Source: Eledone cirrhosa (Eukaryota). From it: a stretch of DNA of 64,000 bases. Below the pieces are notes generated by a model. It made no database searches and was not told the DNA's origin. It saw nothing but the letters and a program-made list of their open reading frames with translations. The position numbers and the translations under genes are program-made. This document shows, in pieces, positions 36,808 through 48,704 of this stretch; the stretch's first letter is position 1, and each line of letters starts with the position of its first letter. The stretch covers positions 178,312,001-178,376,000 of the forward strand of contig OZ024743.1 of the NCBI GenBank assembly GCA_964016885.1, given 5' to 3'.

Positions 36808-39359
36808 TCTTGATGCTTTCGACAGTAAGGAAGAGCAATTAGAGTCATACAATATAAAGGAGCAGTGGGAATTCCTGAAAGCAAACCTGCTGATGGCGGC
36901 AGACGAAGTCTGTGGCTGGAGCAAGCCCGTAGGCAGGAGGAGAGTAACATGGTGGTGGAACAGTAAGGTGGAGGGGTCAATTAAGGCCAAAAAGCAGGCT
37001 TGGAAAGTATGGCGGGATGGGGGAAGTAGAGAAGACTATCAAGTGGCCAGGAGGGAAGCTAGGAAACAAGTGTACTTCGCAAGAAGGGAAGCAGAAGAAA
37101 GAAAGTTCAAGCATTTTCTACAACGCGAGGACCAAAAACGTGAGGTGTTCAGGATTGCTAGGCAATGTGTCAAGGAAAACCGTGATATTGTCGGGGAGAA
37201 GTGTGTACTTAATGATGACGGCGTACTTGCCATCACCGACGCTGATAAGAAGGTAGCTTGGAAGTGTCACTATGAAAGGCTACTAAATGAGGAGAATAAA
37301 TGGGAGAAAGACAGTCTCCCCCACATCGACCCAATAGAGGGACCAGCAGTGTTAGTCGAGGGTAGTATAATAAGTAAGGCAATCAAGGATATGAAGACGG
37401 GTAAGGCAGCTGGGCCTTCGGAAATAGTTGCTGAGATGCTGAAGGCATCTGGCACGGTGGGACACACCATGGTCACCCGGATATTTAACCAAGTCGTACA
37501 GGATGGGGTTGTTCCGAAGGACTGGCGTAGCAGCATCATCGTTAACTGTTATAAGGGTAAAGGAGATGCCCTAGATAGGAGTAACTATAGAGGCATTAAA
37601 TTAATCAACCAGGTCATGAAGGTCACGGAAAAAGTAATAGCGCAACTAATCAGAGAGAGAATTGACCTAGATGAAATGCAGTTCGGGTTTGTGTCAGGCA
37701 AAAGTACCACAGACGCTCTTTTCATTGTACGACAACTACAGGAGAAGTACCTAGCTAAAAGTAAACCCCTATACTTAGCTTTTGTCGACTTGGAGAAAGC
37801 CTTTGACAGAGTCCCCCATTCCATTATCTGGTGGGCTCTTAGAAAACTAGGTGTCGACGAATGGTTTGTGACAGCTATACAAGCCATGTATAAAGAAACA
37901 GTCAGCAAGGTTAGAATTAACAACGAATATAGTGAAGAGTTTAGCGTAAAAGTTGGCGTCCATCAGGGCTCTGTTCTCAGCCCCCTACTATTTATTATTG
38001 CCCTTCAGGCTATAACAGAGGAGTTCAAGACCGGCTGCCCATGGGAACTCCTATACGCAGACGACCTAACACTCATAGCTGAATCAATGGCCGAGCTAGA
38101 GAAGAAATTCCAAACATGGAAGCACGGCCTAGAATCAAAAGGCCTTAAAATTAACCTGGCTAAGACCAAAGTTCTAGTTTGTAGGAAAGAAAATAAGGCG
38201 GCGGTCCCTTCCGGGAAGTGGCCATGCTCAGTGTGTAGGAAAGGCGTAGGTAGAAACTCCATTTTGTGTCAGAAATGCAAAGTATGGGTGCATAAAAGAT
38301 GTAGTGGGATCACAGGTAAGCTAACTAAGAACATAGATTTCACATGTGGCCGGTGCTCTGGTGCAATAAGTAGCAGCAAGTGCCCACAAAATACTAGCTC
38401 TTTCAACTGCGCAGAGGGCTCTAGAGAACTAGTGGACAGCTTCCGTTACCTGGGTGACAAAATCAGCAGTGGGGGAGGGTGCTCTGAAAGTACAGTAGCT
38501 AGAGTCAGAACTGGATGGAAAAAGTTCAGAGAGCTTATACCACCATTAGCCGCTAAAGGGTTCTCCCTAAAAATGAAAGGCAGGTTGTATGATGCCCGCA
38601 TACGGACAGCAATGTTGCATGGCAGTGAGACCTGGGCATTGTGTGCAGAGGATATACGCAGACTAGAGAGGAACGAAGCTTGCATGCTCCGCTGGATGTG
38701 TAACAGTAATATACGTGAACGGCTAAGCATAAACGAACTAAGGAAAAAATTAGAAATAAGAGGGATCAGATGTTGTTTACTTGAGAGAAGGCTACGTTGG
38801 TATGGACACGTGATGCGCATGAAAGTCGATAGCTGTATAACAAAGTGCAGGGCAATAAAGATAGACGGTAGCCACGGAATAGGCAGACCTAGAAAAACCT
38901 GGGACGAGCTGATAAACTCCGACCTCACACACTTACACCTCTCCAAGACAATGTCACTGGACCGAGACCTTTGGCGGTACTCAGTAATAGAGAAGACCCG
39001 CCTTACCTAAATACAGTCAGTAGGCATCTCTAACAAAATACACCCCCGTCCCATCACCCCCACCCCATCCACACCACCCCCTTCTATGTAAAGTTAGGTT
39101 GGTGCCACACCATCCAGGCCGAAACAAATGAGATTGTGTAGGTGTCACGACAAAAAAACACACAGTCCACGCTGTAATGTGGCCGTGTAGGCAACACGGT
39201 AAAAACCTCCCAGACCCACACTGTAAATGTGGTTGGTGTTAGGAAGGGCATGTAGAAAACCTGCCAGACAGTCCTATGCGAGCAAGACAATCACTCTTGC
39301 CTCAAGTGGGAAAACCCCCGTCCAAACCCATGCAAGCGTGGAACACGGACGTTAAACGT

Positions 39360-39390
<31 letters not shown>
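36808..39390 (+). mobile_element. RTE family A1, 5'-truncated young copy with a stop-free ORF to 39010
   Basis: About 730 uninterrupted codons from LDAFDSKEE to KTRLT*. A ~180-bp (TA)/(TACA) tract lies 5' and a (TA) tract lies 3'. Confidence 0.96.
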
Positions 39391-39427
39391 ATATATACAT
39401 ATATATATATATATACATATATATATA

Positions 39428-40025
39428 GGGACAATATAGAGGGACAGTGGGAATTCCTGAAAGCAAACCTGCTGATGGCGGCAGACGAAGTCTGTGGCCG
39501 GAGCAGGCCTATAGGCAGGAGGAGAGTAACATGGTGGTGGAACAGTAAGGTGGAGGAGTCGATTAAGGCCAAAAAGCAGGCTTGGAAAGTATGGCAGGAT
39601 GGGGGAAGTAGAGAGACTATCAAGTGGCCAGGAGGGAAGCTAGGAGACAAGTGTACTTCGCAAGAAGGGAAGCAGAGGAAAGAAAGTTCAAGCATGTTCT
39701 ACAACGCGAGGACCAAAAATGTGAGGTGTTCAGGATTGCTAGGCAATATGTCAAGGAAGACCGTGATATTGTTGGGGAGAAGTGTGTACTTAATGATGAT
39801 GGCGTACTCGCCATCACTGACGCTGATAAGAAGGTCGCTTGGAAGTGTCACTACGAGAGGCTACTAAATGAGGAGAATAAATGGGAGAAGGATAGTCTCC
39901 AGCTGTAGAAAACCCGCCAGACAGTCCTATGCGAACAAGACAACCACTCTTGCCTCAAGTGGGAAAACTCCCGTCCAAACCCATGCAAGCGTGGAACATG
40001 GACGTTAAACGATGATGATGATGAT
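39428..40025 (+). mobile_element. RTE family A1 copy with a ~2-kb internal deletion
   Basis: Linker coding region joined at ...gatagtctcc|agctgtagaaa directly to the last ~125 bp of the 3' UTR. Confidence 0.9.
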
Positions 40026-40027
40026 AT

Positions 40028-40066
<39 letters not shown>

Positions 40067-40098
40067 TATACATATATACATATATACATATATATACA

Positions 40099-40134
<36 letters not shown>

Positions 40135-40166
40135 CATATATACATATATATACATATATATATATA

Positions 40167-40714
40167 TCATCATCATCATCAACGTTTAACGTCCGTGTTC
40201 CACGCTTGCATGGGTTTGGACGGGGGTTTTCCCACTTGAGGCAAGAGTGATTATCTTGCTCGCATAGGACTATCTGGCGGCTTTTCTACAGCTGGATGCC
40301 CTTCCTAACACCAACCACATTTACAGTGTGGGGCTGGGAGGTTTTTACCGTGTTGCCTACACGGCCATATTACAGCGTGAACTGTGTGTTTTTTTGTCGT
40401 GACATCTACACGATCTCATTTGTTTCGGCCTGGATGTTGTGGCACCAACATAACTTTACATTGAAAGAGGCGGTGTGAATGGGGTGGGGGGGTGGGACGG
40501 GGGGTGTATTTTGTTAGAGATGCCTACTGACGGTAGTAGGTTTTACTTTGTATTTAGGTAAGGCGGGTCTTCTCTATTACTGAGTACCGCCAAAGGTCTC
40601 GGTCCAGTGACATTGTCTTGGTGAGGTGTGTGTGAGGTCGGAATTTATCAGCTCGTCCCAGGTCTTTCTGGGTCTGCCTATTCCGTGGCTACCGTCTATC
40701 TTTATTGCCCTGCA
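40167..40714 (-). mobile_element. RTE family A1 3' fragment, tail-to-tail with the previous copy
   Basis: CRAIKIDG... to the tail, with (TA) tracts on both sides. Confidence 0.92.
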
Positions 40715-40844
40715 CATATATATACATATACATATATATACATATATATATATATACATATATATATACATATATATACATATATATACATATACATATA
40801 TATATACATACATATATATATACATATATATACATCATTTCATT

Positions 40845-41175
40845 TTCATTTCATTTTACGTCCGCTTTTTCCCTGCTTGCAAGGGTGGGATGGGAACTGA
40901 CTCTGGCTTGATTTCTACAAATGGATGTCCTTCCTAACACCAACCTCATTTACAGTGAGTGCTGGGTGCTTTTTTGCCGTGGCACCTCCACGACCACTTT
41001 GCAGTGGAATGATAGGGACCACAGTCCCTATCATCTCATTTCTACAGCTGAGTAAACTGGAGCAATGTGAAATAAAGTGTCTTGCTCAAGGAAACAACAC
41101 ATCACCCGGTCTGAGAATTGAACTCACAACCTTTCGATTTCAAGGCCAATGCTCTAACCACTAAGCCATGTGCCT
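40845..41175 (-). mobile_element. tRNA-derived SINE with RTE tail
   Basis: Reverse complement of the 12508 family, with A and B boxes. Confidence 0.9.
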
Positions 41176-41678
41176 ACTGACTGTAGTAGGTTTTATTTTG
41201 TATTTAGGTAAGGCGGGTCTTCTCCATTACTGAGTACTGCCAAAGGTCTCGGTCCAGTGACATTGTCTTGGAGAGGTGTAAATGTGTGAGGTCGGAATTT
41301 ATCAGCTCGTCCCAGGTTTTTCTGGGTCTGCCTACTCCGTGGCTACCGTCTATCTTTATTGCCCTGCACTTTGTTATACAGCTGTCGTCTTTCATGCGCA
41401 TCACGTGACCATACAAACGTAGCCTTCTCTCGAGTAAACAACATCTGATCCCTCTTATTTCTAATTTTTTCCTTAGTTCGTTTATGCTTTGCCATTCACG
41501 TATATTACTATTACTCATCCAGCGAAGCATGCAAGCTTCGTTCCTCTCTAGTCTGCGTATATCCTCTGCACACAATGCCCAGGTCTCACTGCTGATTTTG
41601 TCACCCAGGTAACGGAAGCTGTCCACTATTTCTATAGAACCCTCTGCGCAATTGAAAGAGCTAGTATTTTGTGGGCAC
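41172..41678 (-). mobile_element. RTE family A1 fragment fused to the SINE 5' end
   Basis: ORF 41204-41680 has an internal deletion. The 3' UTR stops at aggca, where the SINE begins. Confidence 0.9.
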
Positions 41679-41925
41679 ATATATATACATATATGCTCTT
41701 ACTTCTGCTACGGTTTTTATTTTACTGTTTCTACGTTCTGTACTCTTGTATACTTACATTTATTATAAATTTTGTTCTCCCTTACCTCCCCTTATATTTT
41801 ACCTTCTCCTATGCGCCCCCCCCCCCCCACATATATTCTTTTTGCCTTGCCCTCCACATACCTATGTGTATGTGTGTGTATATTTGTGTGTATATATGTA
41901 TATATATATATATATATATTTTATT

Positions 41926-42575
41926 TATTGTTATATTTGGGGAGGGTCATATTTGCGTAATATTGCCAGAATTAATAACAGAACACACTCACTGTTTGGT
42001 TGGTTTTCGCTTCTCGCTGTCTTTTATATATATATATCTGCGATCTAACTTACTCGGTCCTCAATGTTGCCATTGACTGACCGGCGGTCAAAAATAATAC
42101 AGATACAATATAGACAAACACATATATATATAGTTTACATAATTTACATAAATCTTTCGTTGCACATCTGCAACATCGTCAGTGGTGTTATATTCATTGT
42201 TCCTCCTGTTGTGTTGTATGTCTACGGCATTTTTTTTTTTTTTTTTTTTTTTTTTTGACACAAAAAAAAAATGGCGTAGACATACAACACAACAGGAGGA
42301 ACAATGAATATAACACCACTGACGATGTTGCAGATGTGCAACGAAAGATTTATGTAAATTATGTAAACTATATATATATGTGTTTGTCTATATTGTATCT
42401 GTATTATTTTTGACCGCCGGTCAGTCAATGGCAACATTGAGGACCGAGTAAGTTAGATCGCAGATATATATATATAAAAGACAGCGAGAAGCGAAAACCA
42501 ACCAAACAGTGAGTGTGTTCTGTTATTAATTCTGGCAATATTACGCGAATATGACCCTCCCCAAATATAACAATA
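41926..42575. repeat. 650-bp near-perfect palindrome
   Basis: ~310-bp arms with two mismatches seen. The centre is a long T run, gacac, then a shorter A run. Confidence 0.97.
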
Positions 42576-42739
42576 TCTGTTTCGACACACGATTTCATAT
42601 AAAAAACCTCGCAAAACTAATTCATCGCCGCTATATTTTATTTAATATCATAAATATACTCCAAATACTTGTTGAGTGCTTTTATATCAGTTATAAATAT
42701 TTACTCGTTGTTAACCCAACAATTTAAATATAACTTTCC

Positions 42740-43138
42740 ATATATATATATATATGTATATATATATAGATATGTGTGTGTATGTGTGTATGTATATATG
42801 TTTATACGTATGTGTGTGTGTGCCTGTGTGTATGGATTTTATATGTATGTATTTGTGTGTGTGTGTATATATGTGTATGTGTGGATAAGCCAGGTTTCTC
42901 TCATCCTGAAGATTGTAGGAAAATCTTTTTGCTTTTAAGAAACCCTTGGTAAATGGAATAATTGCCTTATGTTGCTTTAATACTTTACTACTATATATAC
43001 GTATATGTAAGGTCCTTATGATTTATCTAAGATTGAGTTTTACATACACACACGCATATACGTGTGTGTATGCGTATGCATGTGTGTGTGCGTGGTTGTG
43101 TACGTGTGTATATGTGTATATGCATGTATATGTATATA

Positions 43139-43181
<43 letters not shown>

Positions 43182-43230
43182 ATATATGTGTGTGTGTACA
43201 TATGTGCGTGTGTATATATTGATAATTGTA

Positions 43231-43273
<43 letters not shown>

Positions 43274-43827
43274 TTGTGTTCTGTTGTGCGTGTTTATGAT
43301 ATATACGTATTTGTATGTGTATAATTGTTTAGCTATGTATGTATATGTGTGTGTATGTGTACGTGTATATATATATATGTGTGTGTGTACGTTTGTATTT
43401 ATGTATATATATGTGTGTTTATGTATGCATATATGTGTGTGTGTGCATATAGTTGTATACACATGTGTGTGTGTATAGATTGTACACTTGTGCGTGGTTT
43501 TGCATGTATGCGTATGTATGCAGTTATGTATTTGTATTTGAAATTTTTTTATGTGTGAGAGTGTGTGAATGCGTTGACTATTTCGTGCGTATGTATATGT
43601 GCTTTTGTGTGTGTTTCTTACCACGCTTGTCTGTCCAGTTTGCTGCCTTATGTAACGGTCTCAATATTTTTATAATATATATATATATATATATATTTTC
43701 TTATATTTATTTGCATGTGTGAATATGTAGAGGAGTGCATTTATGTATGTGTATGCATGTACGTGTGTATATATGCTTGATTGTGTGAATGTATGTATGT
43801 ATATATGCTTGATTGTGTGAATGTATG

Positions 43828-43894
<67 letters not shown>

Positions 43895-44506
43895 ATATGT
43901 GTATATATATATATATATGTGTGGGTATGGCTATGTGTACGTATGTGTATGCGTGTACACACGCGCATATATGTATATATATATATATGTGTATATATAT
44001 GCGTGTGTATATGTGTGTGTGTGTGTATGTGTGTGTATATATGCATGTGTGTATGTGTGTGTGTGTGTATATATATATATGTATGCGTGTGTGTGTGTAG
44101 ATATGTTTGTGTGTGTGTGTGTGTATGAATGTTTGTATATGTTTGTTCTTAGAGGAACAAAGGCAGACAGATTTCTGTATTCAGATTGGAGCCAATCCTT
44201 ATCATTAGCTTTCTCTTTAGCTTACAGGTGTCTGTAAGATCAGTATGGGGTCAGTCATGGTGGATAGTTTTGGAGGAAGGGGAGACTCCTTAAAATCTAA
44301 ATTCTTAAAGGTTCTAGTAAATTGACGAAGGTTTAGGGAATTCTGTAGACAATTTCTAAGTATAATCTATACAACTGTAGCCATAAATTCTCGAGACACT
44401 TTCAACAGAACATACCCTGCGTGTATGCGCACATGCACGCATACACATGTGTATGGGGGAAATATATTTATATTTGTATACGCGTGCGTGCGTGCGCGCA
44501 TACACA

Positions 44507-44557
<51 letters not shown>

Positions 44558-44770
44558 GTTTGTATACATACACAGATTCTCATCTGTATTATAACCTTCA
44601 TGCTCTGCGGTGTACTGAGTGCCTTGCTTACTGTGGCTGCCTCCGATTCAACCCGGAATAACGTGTGTGTGTATGCGGGTGTGTGTATGTGTGTGTGTGT
44701 ATGCGCGTGTGTGTATGCGCATGTGTGTGTGTGTGTGTGTTTTTTCGGGTATGTGTGGTTGTATGGGTAG
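42740..44770. repeat. ~2-kb degenerate (TA)n/(TG)n microsatellite region
   Basis: Mostly alternating purine-pyrimidine sequence with short non-repetitive islands. Confidence 0.95.
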
Positions 44771-45034
44771 TCTTATTTTATTTTTATTTTTCCTTTCCTT
44801 CTTCCTTCTCCAGCCTCACTTTCATATAGCTTGCTTTTTTTGTTTTTAAGATCCAAATTCAATAAACAAACCAGGATTTTTTCATTCTGAGGATTGAAAG
44901 CAAAACCTTTTGCTTTTAAGAAACCACCGGTAAATGGAATAATTGCCTTATGTTGTTTATTACATAATAATAATTAAGCTCTGTTGCTTACATAGCACAC
45001 TCTTTTTTCCTGGACTTTTCCGACGGAATTACTT

Positions 45035-45092
<58 letters not shown>

Positions 45093-45094
<2 letters not shown>

Positions 45095-47805
45095 ATCATC
45101 ATCATCATCAACGTTTAACGTCCGTGTTCCACGCTTGCATGGGTATGGACGGGGGTAGTCCCACTTGAGGCAAGAGTGATTGTCTTGCTCGCATAGGACT
45201 GTCTGGCGGGTTTTCTACAGTTGGATGCCCTTCTAGGTCTGCCTATTCCGTGGCTACCGTCTATCTTTATTGCCCTGCACTTTGTTATACAGCTATCGAC
45301 TTTCATGCGCATCACGTGTCCATACCAACGTAGCCTTCTCTCGAGTAAACAACATCTGATCCCTCTTATCTCTAATTTTTTCCTTAGTTCGTTTATGCTT
45401 TGCCGTTCACGTATATTACTGTTACACATCCAGCGGAGCATGCAAGCTTCGTTCCTCTCTAGTCTGCGTATATCCTCTGCACACAATGCCCAGGTCTCAC
45501 TGCTATGCAACATTGCTGTTCGTATGCAGGCATCGTACAACCTGCCTTTCATTTTTAGGGGGAACCCTTTAGCAGCTAATAGCGGTATAAGCTCTCTGAA
45601 CTTTTTCCAACCAGTTCTGACTCTAGCTACTGTACTTTCAGAGCACCCTCCTCCACTGCTGATTTTATCGCCCAGGTAACGGAAGCTGTCCACTATTTCT
45701 ATAGAACCCTCTGCGCAATTGAAAGAGCTAGTATTTGTGGGCACTTGCTGCTACTTATTGCACCAGAACACCGGCCACATGTACAATCTATGTTCTTAGT
45801 TAGCTTACCTGTGATCCCACTACATCTTTTATGCACCTATACTTTGCATTTAGGACATAAAATGGAGTTTCTACCTACGCCTTTCCTACACACCGAGCAC
45901 GACCATTTCCCAGAAGGGACCGCCGCCTTGTTTTCTTTCCTACAAACTAGAACTTTAGTCTTAGCCAGGTTAATTTTAAGTCCTTTTGACTCTAGGCCTT
46001 GCTTCCATGTTTGGAATTTCTTCTCTAGCTCGGCCATTGATTCCGCTATGAGTGTCAGGTCGTCTGCGTATAGGAGTTCCCATGGGCAGCCGGTCTTGAA
46101 CTCCTCTGTTATAGCCTGAAGGGCAATAATAAATAGTAGGGGGCTGAGAACAGAGCCCTGATGGACGCTAACTTTTACGCTAAACTCTTCACTATATTCG
46201 TTGTTAATTCTAACCTTGCTGACTGTTTCTTTATACATGGCTTGTATAGCCCTCACAAGCCATTCGTCAACGCCTAGTTTTCTAAGAGCCTACCAGATAA
46301 TGGAGCGGGGGACTCTGTCGAAGGCTTTCTCCAAGTCGACAAAAGCTAAGTAGAGGGGTTTACCTTTAGCTAGGTACTACTCCTGTAGTTGTTGTACTAT
46401 GAAAAGAGCGTCTGTGGTACTTTTGCCTGACACAAACCTGAACTGCATTTCATCTAGGTCAATTCTCTCTCTGATTAGTTGCGCTATTACTTTTTCCGTG
46501 ACCTTCATGACCTGGTCGATTAATTTAATGCCTCTATAGTTACTCCTATCTAGGGCGTCTCCTTTACCCTTATAACAGTTAACGATGATGCTGCTATGCC
46601 AGTCCTTCGGAACAACCCCATTCTGTACGACTTGGTTAACTATGCGGGTGACCATGGTGTGTCCCACCGTGCCAGATGCCTTCAGCATCTCAGCAACTAT
46701 TTCCGAAGGCTCAGCCGCTTTACCCGTCTTCATATCCTTGATTGCCTTACTTATTATACTCCCCTCGACTAACACTGCTGGTCCCTCTATTGGGTTGATA
46801 TGGGGGAGACTGTCTTTCTCCCATTTATTCTCCTCATTTAGTAGCCTTTCATAGTGACACTTCCAAGCTACCTTCTTATCAGCGTCGGTGATGGCAAGTG
46901 TGCCATCATCGTTTAGTACACACTTCTCCCCGACAATATCACGGTTTTCCTTGACGCATTGCCTAGCAATCCTGAACACCTCACGTTTTTGGTCCTCGCG
47001 TTGTAGAACATGCTTGAACTTTCTTTCCTCTGCTTCCCTTCTTGCTAAGTACACTTGTTTCCTAGCTTCCCTCCTGGCCACTTGATAGTCTTCTCTACTT
47101 CCCCCATCCCGCCATACTTTCCAAGCCTGCTTTTTGGCCTTAATTGACCCCTCCACTTTACTGTTCCACCACCATGTTACTCTCCTCCTGCCTACAGGCC
47201 TGCTGCAGCCACAGACTTCATCTGTCGCCATCAGCAGGTTTGCTTTCAGAAATTCCCACTGTCCCTCTATATTGTCACACTGTAAATGTTCTTCCTTACT
47301 GTCGAAAGCATCAAGTAATATGCTTTGAAATTTATTTCTGGCTGTGGGGTCCTTTAGCTTCCATATTTTTCTCCTGGGGATAGTCCTCTTCTGCTGTCGA
47401 GTACGTCTCGTCCTGACTATGAGGTCGCTAATTATCAGTCTATGTTGGGAGGTGCATTCTTCATGGGGGAGGGATTTAGTGTTTACGACAGACACTCTGT
47501 CACGTCTTCTGGTAAGGATATAATCTACCTGGCTTGTGTGTTCCCCGGATCTATAGGTGATCAGGTGATTGTCACGTTTTTTGAAGTTAGTGTTACAGAT
47601 AGTTAGGTTATTTGCATCACAAAGCCTTCCTCATTTCTAGTACCAAACCCATAGCCTCCATGGATTTCGTCGTAGCCGTCACAATGTTGTCCAACGTGAC
47701 CATTTAGGTCGCCTGCAATAATTATATAGTCACTGTCAGATATTTGGGAGGTAGTTAGCATCAGTGTCTCATAGAATCTATCTTTTATAGTGCCGGGCAG
47801 TCCGA
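45093..47805 (-). mobile_element. RTE family A1, longest copy (part of APE through RT) with stops and a 3' deletion
   Basis: GDLNGH...YADD...PHD motifs. The ORF end is joined at cctagaa|gggcatcc to the distal 3' UTR. (TA) tracts on both sides. Confidence 0.95.
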
Positions 47806-47842
47806 TACATATATATATATATCTATATATACATATATATAC

Positions 47843-47959
<117 letters not shown>

Positions 47960-47972
47960 CATATATATATAC

Positions 47973-48068
<96 letters not shown>

Positions 48069-48329
48069 CATCATCATCGTTTAACGTCCATCTTCCACGC
48101 TTGCATTTTATATATATATATACCCATGCAAGCGTGGAAGATGGACGTTAAACGATGATGATGATGATGATGATGATGATATATATATATGTATATATAT
48201 ATATGTAATGTGAATGTTGATATATAAATTTGTACGTATAGCCATATTTCCTTCTCACTTCCCAACGCCCACCCCACCACGTTCGGTATACATGCCTGAC
48301 GCTGTACAATAACCGCTTCCATGTGAATA

Positions 48330-48692
48330 ATCATCATTTCATTTTACGACCACTTTTCCCTGCTTGCAAGGGTGGGACGGGAACTGATTTTGGCTTGATT
48401 TCTACAGCTGGATGCCCTTCCTAACACCAACCTCATTTACAGTGAGTGCTGGGTGCTTTTTTGCCGTGGCACCTCTACGAACACTTTACAGTGGAATGAT
48501 AGCGATCCCAGTCCCTATCATCTCATTTCCACAGCTGAGTAAACTGGAGCAACGTGAAATAAAGTGTCTTGCTCAAGGAAACAACACATCACCCAGTCTG
48601 AGAATTGAACTCACAACCTTTCGATTGCAAGGCCAATGCTCTAATCACTAAGCCATGTGCCTCCACTCTAACCACTAAGCCATGTGCCTCCA
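48330..48692 (-). mobile_element. tRNA-derived SINE with RTE tail and a duplicated 5' end
   Basis: Same family as 12508 and 40845. The first ~27 nt (ggaggcacatggcttagtg) occur twice. Confidence 0.9.
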
Positions 48693-48704
48693 CATGAATA
48701 TATT

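Noticed and set aside
44235-44343. Open AG-GT segment on the minus strand (NSLNLRQFTRTFKNLDFKE...) as a WDR93 exon
   Set aside because: No convincing similarity to WDR93, and its phase-0 end does not fit the phase-1 exon at 32018. More likely a transposon fragment.
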